Shown in pieces: positions 43,527-54,245 of a stretch of 59,142 nucleotides of DNA. The stretch covers positions 1-59,142 of the forward strand of contig JAAVZN010000030.1 of NCBI GenBank assembly GCA_022791675.1, written 5' to 3'. Every line of letters starts with the position of its first letter. Position 1 is the first letter of the stretch. A program made the translations under genes and the position numbers. Below the pieces are notes generated by a model, which saw nothing but the letters and a program-made list of their open reading frames with translations, was not told the DNA's origin and ran no database searches. This DNA is from Clostridia bacterium (GTDB taxonomy: Bacteria; Bacillota; Clostridia; TANB77; CAG-508).

Positions 43527-44923
43527 TTCTCACTTATCCTTTCGATTTGTTCTGCTAATTCAAAGAATTTCATACCATTAGAAGCTTTGAATAAAATAAT
43601 GTCTCCTTTTTTCATGATTTCTTTTAATTGTTTCATCATTTCTTCTTTCTCTTCAAAATAATAGATAGAATCTTCTTTCATACCTTCTTCTTTCGCTTGC
43701 ATCGCTATATACTTCGCGTTTTCGCCATTACAAAATAGCAAATCAATCCCATTTTGTTTGACATTTTCTCCTACTTTTTTATGTAACTTTTTCGTATATT
43801 CTCCTAATTCCAACATGTCACCTAAAACTGCAATTTTTCTGTAATTTTTAAATTCTGACAAATACTTCAAACTAGCTTCCATAGATTCTAAACTAGCATT
43901 ATAAGCATCATTGATAATTTTTACTCCATTTTTTAATTCTTTTAAATCCATTCTTTTTTTCGTTAATTCAAATTGTTCAATTCCTTTTACAATTTTATTC
44001 TTTTCGATGTTTAATGTTTTTCCTACCATAACGGCACACAAAGCATTTAATATAAAATGCTCTCCTCCTACTGGAACTTCTATTTCTATATTTTCTTCTC
44101 CTAAATTAGCAATAAAGTTACTACTATTTTCTTTTAATTGTATATCTTTTGCATTTATGTTACTTTTTGTTTGAATTCCATAAGTTTTGATATTTCTTCG
44201 CTCTTTGTTTTCTTCGTGCCATTGATGTAACAAATCATTATCATTGTTAACAATAATGGTTGGATCTTTAGTTCCTTCTAATATTTCTAGTTTTGCTTTT
44301 AAGATATTTTCTCTGGAGCCTAAATTTCCAATATGTGATGTTCCTATATTGGTAATAATACAAATATCTGGTTTTGCTATATTACTTAGCAAACGGATTT
44401 CTCCCAAATGATTCATTCCCATTTCCAGTACAATTGCTTCTTCCTCTTGTAATTTTAATATGGTAAATGGTAATCCAATGTTATTATTATGATTTCCCAT
44501 TGTTTTTAGTGTTTTATACTTTTGTGATACGACATTGGCTACTACATCTTTTGTGCTTGTTTTCCCAACACTTCCTGTAATAGCTATAACTGGTATGTTA
44601 TACAAACTTCTTTTTAATTTTGCTATTTCATATAAAGCTTGTAATGTATCTTTCACTTTTATGATATTTCTGTTTTGGTATTTTTCCAAATCTTTTTCTT
44701 GTAATTCAATCTCTGAAACAATTACAGTGCTTGCTCCTTGTTCAAAAGCTTGTTTCCAAAATTGATTTCCATCAAATTTTTCTCCCTTGATTGCTATGTA
44801 TGTATCACCTTTTTGGATTGTTCTAGTATCATTTGAATATTTGATACAAATCGATTCTGGACTTCCTTGTATCAACTCACCATTTGTTGCTTTTACGATT
44901 TCTTCTATTTTTAAGTTTTTCAT
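43523..44923 (-). CDS. murF: UDP-N-acetylmuramoyl-tripeptide--D-alanyl-D-alanine ligase
   Basis: 466 aa with ITGSVGKTSTKD (P-loop), EMGMNHLGEI and NDAYNAS. Overlaps ddl by 4 nt. Confidence 0.9.
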   Translation of the reverse strand: MKNLKIEEIVKATNGELIQGSPESICIKYSNDTRTIQKGDTYIAIKGEKFDGNQFWKQAFEQGASTVIVSEIELQEKDLEKYQNRNIIKVKDTLQALYEIAKLKRSLYNIPVIAITGSVGKTSTKDVVANVVSQKYKTLKTMGNHNNNIGLPFTILKLQEEEAIVLEMGMNHLGEIRLLSNIAKPDICIITNIGTSHIGNLGSRENILKAKLEILEGTKDPTIIVNNDNDLLHQWHEENKERRNIKTYGIQTKSNINAKDIQLKENSSNFIANLGEENIEIEVPVGGEHFILNALCAVMVGKTLNIEKNKIVKGIEQFELTKKRMDLKELKNGVKIINDAYNASLESMEASLKYLSEFKNYRKIAVLGDMLELGEYTKKLHKKVGENVKQNGIDLLFCNGENAKYIAMQAKEEGMKEDSIYYFEEKEEMMKQLKEIMKKGDIILFKASNGMKFFELAEQIERISEK

Positions 44924-45110
44924 TTTCTTCCTTCCTTTATAGGTATAATTTTCTTTGCTAAATTATATGCTTATTTTTTATTTTTTGCAACTTATTATTC
45001 GATATTTCTTTATGTTTAGTAAAATATCTAAATCCTACCATAACTTTTTCTCTTCAACTTTCCCAATATATAAAAAGCCAATGATATTTTCATTGACTTT
45101 TTCGAAATAA

Positions 45111-45290
45111 CTATTTATTTTCGACACTTCTGTTGGCTATTTCAATTGCTTTGGTTACAATGTTTCCACATTGTTTTGAAGAAACATTGGCCCAACTTCC
45201 TCCATCTTGTTTTACTTGGTCATAAACACCTAATTCTTTTGCTATTTCTTCTCTTAAATTTTCAGATATTAACTTACTATTTCTAGACAT
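45111..45290 (-). CDS. sspF: Small acid-soluble spore protein, alpha/beta-type, SspF-like (missed by the ORF track, 59 aa)
   Basis: GGAGGATGTT ATG; MSRNSKLISENLREEIAKELGVYDQVKQDGGSWANVSSKQCGNIVTKAIEIANRSVENK*. It parallels B. subtilis SspF ([37 protein letters not shown]). Confidence 0.75.
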   Translation of the reverse strand: MSRNSKLISENLREEIAKELGVYDQVKQDGGSWANVSSKQCGNIVTKAIEIANRSVENK

Positions 45291-45475
45291 AACATCCTCC
45301 TACGATCCATTCTTTACGAATTTTAATCATAAAACTTAAATTTAAGTTTTATAATTATAGTATAAACAATTTTTCAAATTTTATTTTGACATTTTTTGCG
45401 TTTTTTACACTTTTTTAATCAAAATATGATATAATGAATTTGATTAATACAATGATACATACAAGGAGAATAAAA

Positions 45476-47218
45476 ATGAGCCATAAGAATCAACTTTTAG
45501 AAAGAGAAGATGAAAAAAGCACGGAAAAGAAAGTGCCACTAATTGAAAATAGCGAAAAAAACGAATCGGACAATCACTTAGAAACTGTCCTTGAGGAAAC
45601 AAACGAAACTGCAGAAGCACAAACCAATTCCCAAAATTTAACGAAAAATGAAATCGAAGATACGAAGGAACATTCCACACAAACAAAAGAAAACTCAAAC
45701 AAAACTTCAACAGAAGTTCCAGAAAAAGAAGAAACATCTGCTTCTCATTTTGTTCCTGTTAAGAAAAAAACTCCAGATGTTCTTTCTATTTTTACTTTAT
45801 TTGTTGTCTTGTTTGTTAGCTTTTTATTAGTCGTTTTCACTTTATTTACGTTGTATAATATATTGAATACCAATATTATTTCTGGTGTCCATATAAAAGG
45901 AATCAACGTTTCTGGATTAAGCGCTTCAGATGCCAAATACCAATTAGAACAATATCTAAAAAGCAAGCTTCCTGAAGAAATCAAACTACAACATGGAGAT
46001 TTTGAAACGACATTATCTGTTTCTCAAATGGATTTTTCCTTTGACATCAAATCAGCTACCAATAAAGCACAAAAAATAGGAAGAGATGGTAATATTTTTG
46101 AAAATAATTTACAAGTATTCTCATTATTATTTGGTCATGTTAATATTGAACCGAATATCACTTTTAATAAAGAACTATTAACCAAAAATTTAGAAGATCT
46201 TTCTTCTCAATTACCTGATGCCGTAGTACAAAGCAGTTATTATATTGAAAATAATGAATTAATTATAACTTCTGGTAAAGAAGGAAATGTTGTTGATGTC
46301 GCTTCCACCATAGAATCCATCAAGGCTTCTATTTCCACCTTTTCTGTCATGAATCAGCCAATTGAAATCGTTGTAAAAAATAGTCAACCAAATGAAATTA
46401 ATGTAGAACAAATTTACAATGAAATTCGAAAAGATCCTGTTGATGCTTACTATACCAAAGATCCTTTTGAAATACACCCTGCTGAAAATGGTATGGACTT
46501 TAAAATTTCATTAGAAGAAGCAAAAGCTATGATAACTTCTGAAAAAAAGGAAGAATATGTTGTTCCCTTAACTATCATTGCTCCTAAAGTTACCACAAAT
46601 ATGATTGGAACTGAAGCTTTTCCAGATATGCTTTCTACTTTTTCTACCAAATATGCACCTAGTAATCGAAATCGAACTACCAATTTAATTTTAGCTTCTA
46701 ACAAAATCAATGGAACCGTTTTAATGCCAGGAGAAACTTTTTCTTACAATAAAGTAGTTGGAGCTAGAACCATTAGTGCAGGATATAAAGAAGCACCTAT
46801 TTATGTGGAAGGTAGAGTTGAAGATGGTCTAGGCGGTGGAATTTGTCAAATCACATCAACCTTATACAATGCAGTTATTTATGCCAATTTAGAAATCACA
46901 CAACGCACCAATCATCAATTTATACCATCTTACGTATCAGCCAGTCGTGATGCTACTGTAGTATATGGTGCACTTGATTTTCAATTTAAAAACAATCGAA
47001 ATTATCCAATCAAATTAGTTTGCTCTGTATCTGGTGGAATTGCTAATTTTCAGATTTTTGGTATGAAACAAGAAGATGATTTAGAAGTTCAAATTTCTTC
47101 TTACGAAACAGGCAGAACTTCTACGGCAATCTACTCAGAAGCCTATAAAATTTTAAAACGTGATGGGCAAGTTGTGGATAAACAATTACTTTCAAAAGAT
47201 ACTTATAAAAGACATTAA
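45476..47218 (+). CDS. VanW-domain protein with N-terminal acidic region and TM anchor
   Basis: AAGGAG 7 nt upstream of the ATG. TM segment LSIFTLFVVLFVSFLLVVFTLFTL. VanW core GETFSYNKVVGARTISAGYKEAPIY...GGGICQITSTLYNAVIYANLEI. Confidence 0.8.
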   Translation: MSHKNQLLEREDEKSTEKKVPLIENSEKNESDNHLETVLEETNETAEAQTNSQNLTKNEIEDTKEHSTQTKENSNKTSTEVPEKEETSASHFVPVKKKTPDVLSIFTLFVVLFVSFLLVVFTLFTLYNILNTNIISGVHIKGINVSGLSASDAKYQLEQYLKSKLPEEIKLQHGDFETTLSVSQMDFSFDIKSATNKAQKIGRDGNIFENNLQVFSLLFGHVNIEPNITFNKELLTKNLEDLSSQLPDAVVQSSYYIENNELIITSGKEGNVVDVASTIESIKASISTFSVMNQPIEIVVKNSQPNEINVEQIYNEIRKDPVDAYYTKDPFEIHPAENGMDFKISLEEAKAMITSEKKEEYVVPLTIIAPKVTTNMIGTEAFPDMLSTFSTKYAPSNRNRTTNLILASNKINGTVLMPGETFSYNKVVGARTISAGYKEAPIYVEGRVEDGLGGGICQITSTLYNAVIYANLEITQRTNHQFIPSYVSASRDATVVYGALDFQFKNNRNYPIKLVCSVSGGIANFQIFGMKQEDDLEVQISSYETGRTSTAIYSEAYKILKRDGQVVDKQLLSKDTYKRH

Positions 47219-47229
47219 ATGTGCGGTTA

Positions 47230-47273
47230 GGGACGGTTCTTTTTGCACCAAAAGGTGCAAAAAGAACCGTCCC
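47230..47273. terminator. Perfect 20-bp hairpin with GGGACGG clamp between convergent genes
   Basis: GGGACGGTTCTTTTTGCACC aaaa GGTGCAAAAAGAACCGTCCC. Confidence 0.75.
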
Positions 47274-47287
47274 CAATCACACACTTT

Positions 47288-48661
47288 CTACATGGTCAAT
47301 GTTCCATTTGGTGTATTCGTAATTATTAAAATGTCTTCTTCTCTTCCATTTTCTGCATTTATATACACCAAAAATTCTCTATCTTCTACTTTTCCTTTAA
47401 ATTCATAACATAAAATTTCACTTTGCCATTCGGTTGGAATAATTGCCAATCCTTCACTTTGAATTTCCAACTCTTTATTCAATGATTTTTTTGCTTCTTC
47501 TTTTGTTATTTTTATATTTGATAAATCTCTTTGTATATGATTATTCAAATATCCTGTTGTTTCAATTCCTAATATCTCCCCATTATCTAATGCAACTTTT
47601 ACTTTGATTAAATCTGGATATATCACCACATCATTTTGATTACTTGCATAATTGATTGTAACAATTCCCTCTTGTTTTAAATAATAAGTTTCTTTCATAT
47701 TTGTAAATCCTTTTGCTTGTAAGTATTCTTTTCCTTTTTGATCCGCTTCTTCTTGTGATATTATTTCAGCATTAACTTCTCTATTTTCATTCATATAAAC
47801 AATGTGTCCACCTTTTTTTGAAATTGAGATATGAATCGTTTGATCTTCTTTATCGGTAAGAGAAAAGTCATATACTGGTATGGTTGCATTTTCTGAAAAT
47901 CCTAAATTCTTGATTTCCTTTATGTTATCTTTTCCGATAAATTCTTCCGCTATTTGTTTGGCTCTTTCTTCTTCTATTTCTTCCCCTATTAAACCTCTTT
48001 TTTCATGATTTGTTAAATGTTCAGAAAACGCTCCATCATAAATCAATCCAGAATATTGATGAAAATTCTCTTCTAAATTGCTAAAACTTTCTTTTGAAAT
48101 ATTATCTACTTGTTGAGCAAAAGCAATGGTTCCTTTTTTGGTTAGTTCACCCCAAGAAAATCTACCTGTATTCAAATCATCTGATAATTGATTTAAAGTA
48201 TTTTCTAACTCTACACTATAAGAATGTAAATCTTTTAAATTTTTTAGTTCTTCTTGTGTTAAATCTTCATGATAAATGTTTTTTCTTGATAAGGAATAAC
48301 TATAATCACTAACTTGATTCAAAAATTTCTCTGTATTTTCTAATTCTTGACTTTCAATTGGCAATCTTGCTAAATAACTTTGGGCCAAATTAGCTTCTCT
48401 CCATAAATTTGTTAAAGTTTCTGCACCATGTTCAGAGGTTGAAGATATCAATGATTTAGCTAAATAAGTTTCTACGTTTTGCACATAATCCACCAATTCA
48501 TAAAAAGCCATATTATAACTATTTTCTGAAGCTTGACGATATTCTCGTTGCTTATTATATAGAATAATTCCCAATGCAATCACAATTGCTAATAACACAC
48601 AAATAACACTTAACATGTGTCCTTTTTTTAATCTTTCTTTCCAATCTTGTAATTTATTCAT
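47288..48661 (-). CDS. ypeB: Germination protein YpeB
   Basis: 457 aa with an N-terminal TM segment and C-terminal PepSY-like repeats. Located immediately downstream of sleB. Confidence 0.8.
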   Translation of the reverse strand: MNKLQDWKERLKKGHMLSVICVLLAIVIALGIILYNKQREYRQASENSYNMAFYELVDYVQNVETYLAKSLISSTSEHGAETLTNLWREANLAQSYLARLPIESQELENTEKFLNQVSDYSYSLSRKNIYHEDLTQEELKNLKDLHSYSVELENTLNQLSDDLNTGRFSWGELTKKGTIAFAQQVDNISKESFSNLEENFHQYSGLIYDGAFSEHLTNHEKRGLIGEEIEEERAKQIAEEFIGKDNIKEIKNLGFSENATIPVYDFSLTDKEDQTIHISISKKGGHIVYMNENREVNAEIISQEEADQKGKEYLQAKGFTNMKETYYLKQEGIVTINYASNQNDVVIYPDLIKVKVALDNGEILGIETTGYLNNHIQRDLSNIKITKEEAKKSLNKELEIQSEGLAIIPTEWQSEILCYEFKGKVEDREFLVYINAENGREEDILIITNTPNGTLTM

Positions 48662-48678
48662 AACAATTCCTTCCTTTC

Positions 48679-49155
48679 TTATTTACAAAAACGATGTTTC
48701 CCTATCGTCTTAACCAATGGCCTTGACCAAATCCATTTATTCGTTGCTGTTGACGGATTAAAGTAATAAATACAACCTCCTGTTGGATCCCAACCATTCA
48801 TAGCATCTTGTGCCGCTTTATATACAGTCGATCCCTCACTAATAGGCTTATTAATTTGACCATCTGCTACTGCTGTAAATGCTCCTGATTGATAGATTAC
48901 CCCTGCTATACTATTGGGAAATTGGGAACTTTTTACTCTATTTAAAATTACTGCTCCCACAGCTACTTGTCCTTCATAAGGTTCTCCTCTCGCTTCTCCA
49001 TTAATTGCCCTTGCCATTAATTGTAAATCGGAATTTCTACTTCCTGATGCATAACTAACATTTTCTTCCTTTATGTCGTCTTTTATAAAACTTAACACTA
49101 AAATTATGAATAATAAAATTAAAATAACACTTATTATTTTTATTACATTTTTCAA
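48679..49155 (-). CDS. sleB: Spore cortex-lytic enzyme SleB-type cell wall hydrolase
   Basis: LMARAINGEARGEPYEGQVAVGAVILNRVKSSQFPNSIAGVIYQSGAFTAV (Hydrolase_2 signature) plus a signal anchor. Confidence 0.85.
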   Translation of the reverse strand: MKNVIKIISVILILLFIILVLSFIKDDIKEENVSYASGSRNSDLQLMARAINGEARGEPYEGQVAVGAVILNRVKSSQFPNSIAGVIYQSGAFTAVADGQINKPISEGSTVYKAAQDAMNGWDPTGGCIYYFNPSTATNKWIWSRPLVKTIGKHRFCK

Positions 49156-49319
49156 AAAATCACCTTTTTCTCTGATTTGTATACTTACCGTAAATTTTTA
49201 AATTAATTCATTTACAATTTAGTATCTCTATTATTTTGCATTTTTATAAAAAAAATATTCCATTTTTTGAAATTTTATTTTTTTTGTGATAGAATAAAAC
49301 AAAATAAGGAGAATTTTAT

Positions 49320-50447
49320 ATGAAAAATATTTTGATTTTTTATGCCTCTTATGGTGGAGGACATTTAAATGCTGGAAAATCCATTCAAGAATGTCTTTTA
49401 AATGAATATAGTCATCATCACATTGAATTAATTGATTGTATGAAGTACGTTAATAAAACAGTCGAAAAATTGACAACGGTTGCTTATCGAGAAACAGCCA
49501 AAAAAGCACCTTGGGTATGGGGAAGAATTTATAATGATTCACAAAAAGGACCTCTGGCTCATCTTTCTACCAGATCGAATAAAATTATGGCAATTAAATT
49601 ATTACGACTATTGCGAGAAAAAAAACCAGATCTTATTATTTCTACTCACCCTTTTAGTAGTCAAATGTGTAGCTATTTAAAACGAAAAGGAAAAATAACA
49701 GCAAAAATTGCAACAATTATGACTGATTTCGCACCACATGATCAATGGCTTGTTGGCAGTGATTTTACTGACTATTTCTTTGTTGCCAACGACAAAATGA
49801 AAGATTATTTAATTTCAAAAAAGATTCATAAGCAGTCTATTTTTGTTACAGGAATTCCATTATCGAAACGTTTTCTGCAAAACTTTGACCGAAAAAAGAT
49901 TTTAGATACTTATCAATTAGAGGAGCACAAAAAAAATATATTATTCTTTGGTGGTGGTGAATTTGGTTTAGGAAAGTCTCGAACAATTGAAATTTTAGAT
50001 CGCATTATGCAAACTTCTAAAGAATTACAAATAATTGCTATTAGTGGAAAAAATGAAAAAATGAAGATAAAATTTGAAGAATTAGTACAAAAAAATCATG
50101 CTTCTGATCGAGTTCGTGTACTAAGTTTTACCAACCAAGTTCCTGAGCTTATGAAAATTGCTGATTTAGTTGTAACCAAACCTGGTGGTATGACAACTTC
50201 TGAAAGTTTAGCCTGTGGTTTACCAATGCTTATTATCAATCCAATTCCTGGCCAAGAAGAAGAAAATGCAGAATTTTTGGAAAATAAGGGAGTAGGCATC
50301 TGGCTAAAAAAAGGAGATGATGTTTCAAACATTTTAAATGATTTATTTTCTTCTCCTGAACCTTTAGAAAAAATGAGAAATAATGCCTTGTTAATTGGAC
50401 ACCCTAATTCAACCAAAGAAATTTGTCATATCTTATTAAACCATTAA
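49320..50447 (+). CDS. MGDG-synthase/UgtP-like diacylglycerol glycosyltransferase
   Basis: MKNILIFYASYGGGHLNAGKSIQE at the N-terminus. The C-terminal GT-B motif is ADLVVTKPGGMTTSESLACGLPMLIINPIPGQEEENAEFL. Confidence 0.75.
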   Translation: MKNILIFYASYGGGHLNAGKSIQECLLNEYSHHHIELIDCMKYVNKTVEKLTTVAYRETAKKAPWVWGRIYNDSQKGPLAHLSTRSNKIMAIKLLRLLREKKPDLIISTHPFSSQMCSYLKRKGKITAKIATIMTDFAPHDQWLVGSDFTDYFFVANDKMKDYLISKKIHKQSIFVTGIPLSKRFLQNFDRKKILDTYQLEEHKKNILFFGGGEFGLGKSRTIEILDRIMQTSKELQIIAISGKNEKMKIKFEELVQKNHASDRVRVLSFTNQVPELMKIADLVVTKPGGMTTSESLACGLPMLIINPIPGQEEENAEFLENKGVGIWLKKGDDVSNILNDLFSSPEPLEKMRNNALLIGHPNSTKEICHILLNH

Positions 50448-50449
50448 AT

Positions 50450-50490
50450 AAAACAGATACAACTCTCCTTGTTAAAGTTGTATCTGTTTT
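50450..50490. terminator. Bidirectional hairpin between convergent genes
   Basis: AAAACAGATACAAC (13-nt loop) GTTGTATCTGTTTT. Confidence 0.7.
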
Positions 50491-50497
50491 ATTCATC

Positions 50498-51097
50498 TTA
50501 TAATTCTCTTCTTCCCTCTAAAGCTTTTGTCAATGTAATTTCATCTGTATATTCTAAGTCTCCTCCTACTGGAATACCATGTGCAATTCTTGTAACAGTA
50601 ATTCCCAATGGTTTTATCAATTTAGATAAATACATGGCTGTTGCTTCTCCTTCCACTCTTGGATTCGTAGCTAAAATTACTTCTTTTACTTGTCCGTCCA
50701 TTAGTCTTGCTAATAATTCTTTTATTTTTATATCATCTGGTCCTACACCATTCATAGGAGAAATTGAACCATGCAAAACATGATATACCCCTTTGAATTC
50801 ATGTGTCTTTTCCATTGCAATAATATCTCTTACATCTTCTACTACACATATAATCGAACCATCTCTTTTCGGATTTCCACATATCATGCATGGATCCATA
50901 TCTGAAATATTGTAACAATTACTACAATATTTTAGATTTTTTTTCGCATTAACAATGGAAGCTATGAATTCATTTGTTTCCTCTTCTGAACTATTTAACA
51001 TATAAAATGCAAGTCTTGCAGCCGTTTTATGACCAATACTTGGTAACTTTTCAAAGCTTTCGATTAATTTTTCAATCGATGGTGAATATAATGACAT
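50498..51097 (-). CDS. recR: Recombination protein RecR
   Basis: Start at [31 protein letters not shown] with GGAAGGAAG upstream. Zinc finger [16 protein letters not shown], followed by a Toprim region. Confidence 0.9.
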   Translation of the reverse strand: MSLYSPSIEKLIESFEKLPSIGHKTAARLAFYMLNSSEEETNEFIASIVNAKKNLKYCSNCYNISDMDPCMICGNPKRDGSIICVVEDVRDIIAMEKTHEFKGVYHVLHGSISPMNGVGPDDIKIKELLARLMDGQVKEVILATNPRVEGEATAMYLSKLIKPLGITVTRIAHGIPVGGDLEYTDEITLTKALEGRREL

Positions 51098-51131
51098 TTT
51101 TCTTCCTTCCTTTTGTTTCAAAATTTTAAAA

Positions 51132-51162
51132 GAGGGATTTTAAGGAACGTCCCCTTAATCCC
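51132..51162. repeat. Single-arm copy of the hairpin element at 56503-56555
   Basis: gagggattttaaggaacgtcccctt vs cagggattttaagcaacgtccctct (about 21/25). A local GGGATT..AATCCC / AAGG..CCTT stem is possible. Confidence 0.6.
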
Positions 51163-51169
51163 CCCTTCT

Positions 51170-51514
51170 CTACATAAGTCCTGGTATATTGTATTTTCCT
51201 AATTGTGCAGATTGTTCATTGTCTACTTTTCTTAATGCTTCGTTGATACATGTAAGAATTAAATCTTCTAACATTTCAACATCGTCTGGGTCAACTACTT
51301 CTGGTTTTATGTTTATTTCTTTGATTGTTTTTTCTCCTGAAACTTTTACGGTAATTGCGCCTCCACCTGCTGTTGCTTCAAATTCTTTGTTTGCCAATTC
51401 TGCTTGTGTTTTTTCCATGTCTGCTTGCATTTTTTTGGCTTCTTTCATTAAGTTGTTAAGATTCATTCCTCCAAATCCTCCCATTCCTCCTGGGAATCCT
51501 CCTCTTTTACTCAT
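51170..51514 (-). CDS. ybaB: Nucleoid-associated protein YbaB/EbfC
   Basis: 114 aa with [24 protein letters not shown]...[20 protein letters not shown], sitting between dnaX and recR. Confidence 0.9.
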   Translation of the reverse strand: MSKRGGFPGGMGGFGGMNLNNLMKEAKKMQADMEKTQAELANKEFEATAGGGAITVKVSGEKTIKEINIKPEVVDPDDVEMLEDLILTCINEALRKVDNEQSAQLGKYNIPGLM

Positions 51515-51612
51515 TTTTATTTCTCCTTTCCGTTTTTTTATTTTCCTTTTTGTTGTTTTTTGTTATTCTATGTATTCCTTTGTAATCCTTTGTATTCGTT
51601 TCATCTGATTAT

Positions 51613-53247
51613 TTAATCAATAATATGAAATGGTATATCTGATTCATTTGCAAAGTTTTGCAAATTCTCTTCATTTGTCATTTGATTTTGTTTTTCGATT
51701 TGTGTTAAATATTTTATTTGCATTTCTTTTCCACAGGCAATGGAAACTAAGTTGGAAATTTCTCTGATATTTTCTTGTTTTTCTAATACTGCTTTTCCAA
51801 ATGATGTCATACCATTTGGAAACTCAATTCCAACTGTCATATCGTTAATTTCTTTGGCTTTTGTTCCCAACAAATTCGTATATAAGACTATTTTTCCATT
51901 TTGTTTCAAATCATTCATAATTTGTGGCCAATATTCGTCTGAGTTTTTAGAAAAGTTTTTGGTAGTCGTTTGTTTTTTACTCGTATTAACTGTATTTGCT
52001 ATAACTTGTGTAGAAGTAGTAACTGGTTTAGAAGGTGACATCGTTTGTGTTGTTGATTGCATACTATGATTTGTATTCACTGTTCCTGCTACTGCTTTTC
52101 CAGATTTTAAATATTTTTCTATTTTTTCGATTCTTTTTTCTATTTCTTCTTGATTCTCTGATTGCTCATTACATAGTTTGATGATTCCAGCTTGGAACAT
52201 GATTGTTTTTTGTGTTGTTGTTTTTATGTTACTTTCTAATTCTGATAATTGGTATACTAAGTTTACTAGTCTATTCTTAGAAACTGTTTCTGCTATTGCT
52301 TTCATTTGTGCTAGTTCTTCTTCGTTATATCGTTCAAGCTTTTTTGTTGTTTGATAAATTAATAAATCCTTTACATATTTTATCATTTCCCATATAAATT
52401 GATTGATGTCTTTTCCTTCTTTTAATAGGTCTTCTATTTTTATTAATGCATTCTCTACATCATATTCTAAAATAGCTTGTATCATACTATTTACAAAAGT
52501 AGCTTTTGGAATTCCTACTAAATCTTTTATTTTTTCCTCATCTATTTTATTTTCACCATCTTGTACACATCTTTCTAAAATTGATAATGCATCTCTCATG
52601 GCTCCTTCTGCTAAGGTTGCAATGATGGATAATGCTCCTTGGGTTGCTTCGATTCCACTTTCTTTGCACACAATTTCTAATCTTTTCATGATATCTTCAT
52701 TTGAAATCCTTTTATAATCAAATCTTTGACATCTTGATAAGATGGTAGCTGGTAATTTTTGTGGTTCTGTTGTAGCTAATATAAATTTTACATGTTCTGG
52801 TGGTTCTTCTAGCGTTTTTAAAAGTGCATTAAAAGCTCCTGTTGACAACATGTGCACCTCATCTATAATGTAAACTCTATATTTTGCCTTGGTTGGTAAA
52901 AAATTTACTTCTTCACGTATGCTTCTAATATCTTCTACACTATTGTTGGAAGCTGCGTCCATTTCTACGATGTCTGTTAATGAACCAGAAAGTGCCCCTT
53001 TGCAAATTTCACATTCGTTACATGGTTCTCCATCTTTTGGATTTAAACAATTGATGGCTCTTGCTAGTATTTTTGCAGCAGATGTTTTTCCTGTTCCTCT
53101 TCCGCCATTTAATAAATAGGCATGTCCTACTCGCCCTGATATAATTTGATTTTTTAATGTTTTTGTTATATGTTCTTGCCCAACCATTTCTCCAAATGTT
53201 AGTGGTCTAAATTTTCGATAAAGAGCTGTGTACCCCATATTTTTCAC
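51613..53247 (-). CDS. dnaX: DNA polymerase III subunit gamma/tau
   Basis: YRKFRPLTFGEMVGQEH, GGRGTGKTSAAKILA, zinc module CNECEICKG, and DEVHML. The start is ambiguous (GTG at 53247 or ATG at 53238). Confidence 0.9.
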   Translation of the reverse strand: MKNMGYTALYRKFRPLTFGEMVGQEHITKTLKNQIISGRVGHAYLLNGGRGTGKTSAAKILARAINCLNPKDGEPCNECEICKGALSGSLTDIVEMDAASNNSVEDIRSIREEVNFLPTKAKYRVYIIDEVHMLSTGAFNALLKTLEEPPEHVKFILATTEPQKLPATILSRCQRFDYKRISNEDIMKRLEIVCKESGIEATQGALSIIATLAEGAMRDALSILERCVQDGENKIDEEKIKDLVGIPKATFVNSMIQAILEYDVENALIKIEDLLKEGKDINQFIWEMIKYVKDLLIYQTTKKLERYNEEELAQMKAIAETVSKNRLVNLVYQLSELESNIKTTTQKTIMFQAGIIKLCNEQSENQEEIEKRIEKIEKYLKSGKAVAGTVNTNHSMQSTTQTMSPSKPVTTSTQVIANTVNTSKKQTTTKNFSKNSDEYWPQIMNDLKQNGKIVLYTNLLGTKAKEINDMTVGIEFPNGMTSFGKAVLEKQENIREISNLVSIACGKEMQIKYLTQIEKQNQMTNEENLQNFANESDIPFHIID

Positions 53248-53263
53248 GTCCTTTTACCTCAAA

Positions 53264-53398
53264 AAAGTCGTTTAGCTTAATCTCTCTATGGAAAGATTCC
53301 ACATAAAGATTTCTACTTATTGCTGCTTCCTTCCGGACCTGACAAGATTCGTATTTCTTTATTGGATTCTCTCCATACAAAGATTAAGCTTTGACTTT
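53264..53398 (-). ncRNA. ffs: Signal recognition particle RNA (small 4.5S-like form)
   Basis: The minus strand contains GUCAGGUCCGGAAGGAAGCAGC (domain IV signature) at the tip of a long hairpin (AAAGUC...GCUUAAUCU.../...AGAUUAAGC...GACUUU). It sits in the canonical position upstream of dnaX. Ends are approximate. Confidence 0.8.
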
Positions 53399-53438
53399 AT
53401 GTATTATATAATGAATTTTTGATTTGATCAAGTGTTTT

Positions 53439-54233
53439 TTATGTTCTTTTAAAAATAAAATCTTTTACATCTGTTATTTCCACTGATGTTGTTCCTTCTT
53501 CTATTACGTTACCAATTGGTAAATTTAAATGAATGGTTGTTTTGTATTCTTTTCCACTTTCTAATTTAATTTTTAAGTCAAAATCAATTTTTACGGTTAT
53601 TTCTTCTTGACTAACTCCTGCTTTTTTTAATAATTCGTGATGATTGATTACTTCTTCGTTGGATTTATATTCTGCTAATTTTTCAATGGAACAGCGAAAA
53701 GCAATGATTCCTCCTTGATTTGAAATTTTAAGTTGTTTTAAATTGGATTCTATACTTCCCACATATTCGATTGTTTGTATTTTATTTTCTTCTTTATTTT
53801 TAAAGATTAATTTTTCCTCTTGTTCATCTGGTCGATATAAATTTATGTTATCTTTTGTTTTTCCTTCTAATTGAATGTTTTCAATTGTAATCGTTTTGAT
53901 TGCTTCTGTTTTTCCATATCCACCATTTTTATCTATATAGATAAATATATCATTACTTTGATTGATATCAAATGCCCATTTTGTTTCTGTTGTTTTTTGA
54001 TCAATCCCTTCTGAAGAACTTATGACTGATATTTTAGATAATTGAAATGGCATATTGTTTTCGCCTTCTACGTGATATCTGAAAAAAATCATGCTAACAA
54101 TAAATAGAATCATAACAATTATTATCGTTATTGTCGCTATTTTTATGTAGTTTTGAGTTTTTGTATTTCCAACTCTTCTTATCACTTTTTCCTCCTTTGT
54201 TTGCCTGTGCAATTTTATACATCTGTTTACCAT
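53439..54233 (-). CDS. Hypothetical membrane-anchored protein
   Basis: 264-aa ORF with a TM segment (IATITIIIVMILFIVSMIFF). I recognise no family. Confidence 0.5.
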   Translation of the reverse strand: MVNRCIKLHRQTKEEKVIRRVGNTKTQNYIKIATITIIIVMILFIVSMIFFRYHVEGENNMPFQLSKISVISSSEGIDQKTTETKWAFDINQSNDIFIYIDKNGGYGKTEAIKTITIENIQLEGKTKDNINLYRPDEQEEKLIFKNKEENKIQTIEYVGSIESNLKQLKISNQGGIIAFRCSIEKLAEYKSNEEVINHHELLKKAGVSQEEITVKIDFDLKIKLESGKEYKTTIHLNLPIGNVIEEGTTSVEITDVKDFIFKRT

Positions 54234-54245
54234 TCTTATATTATG

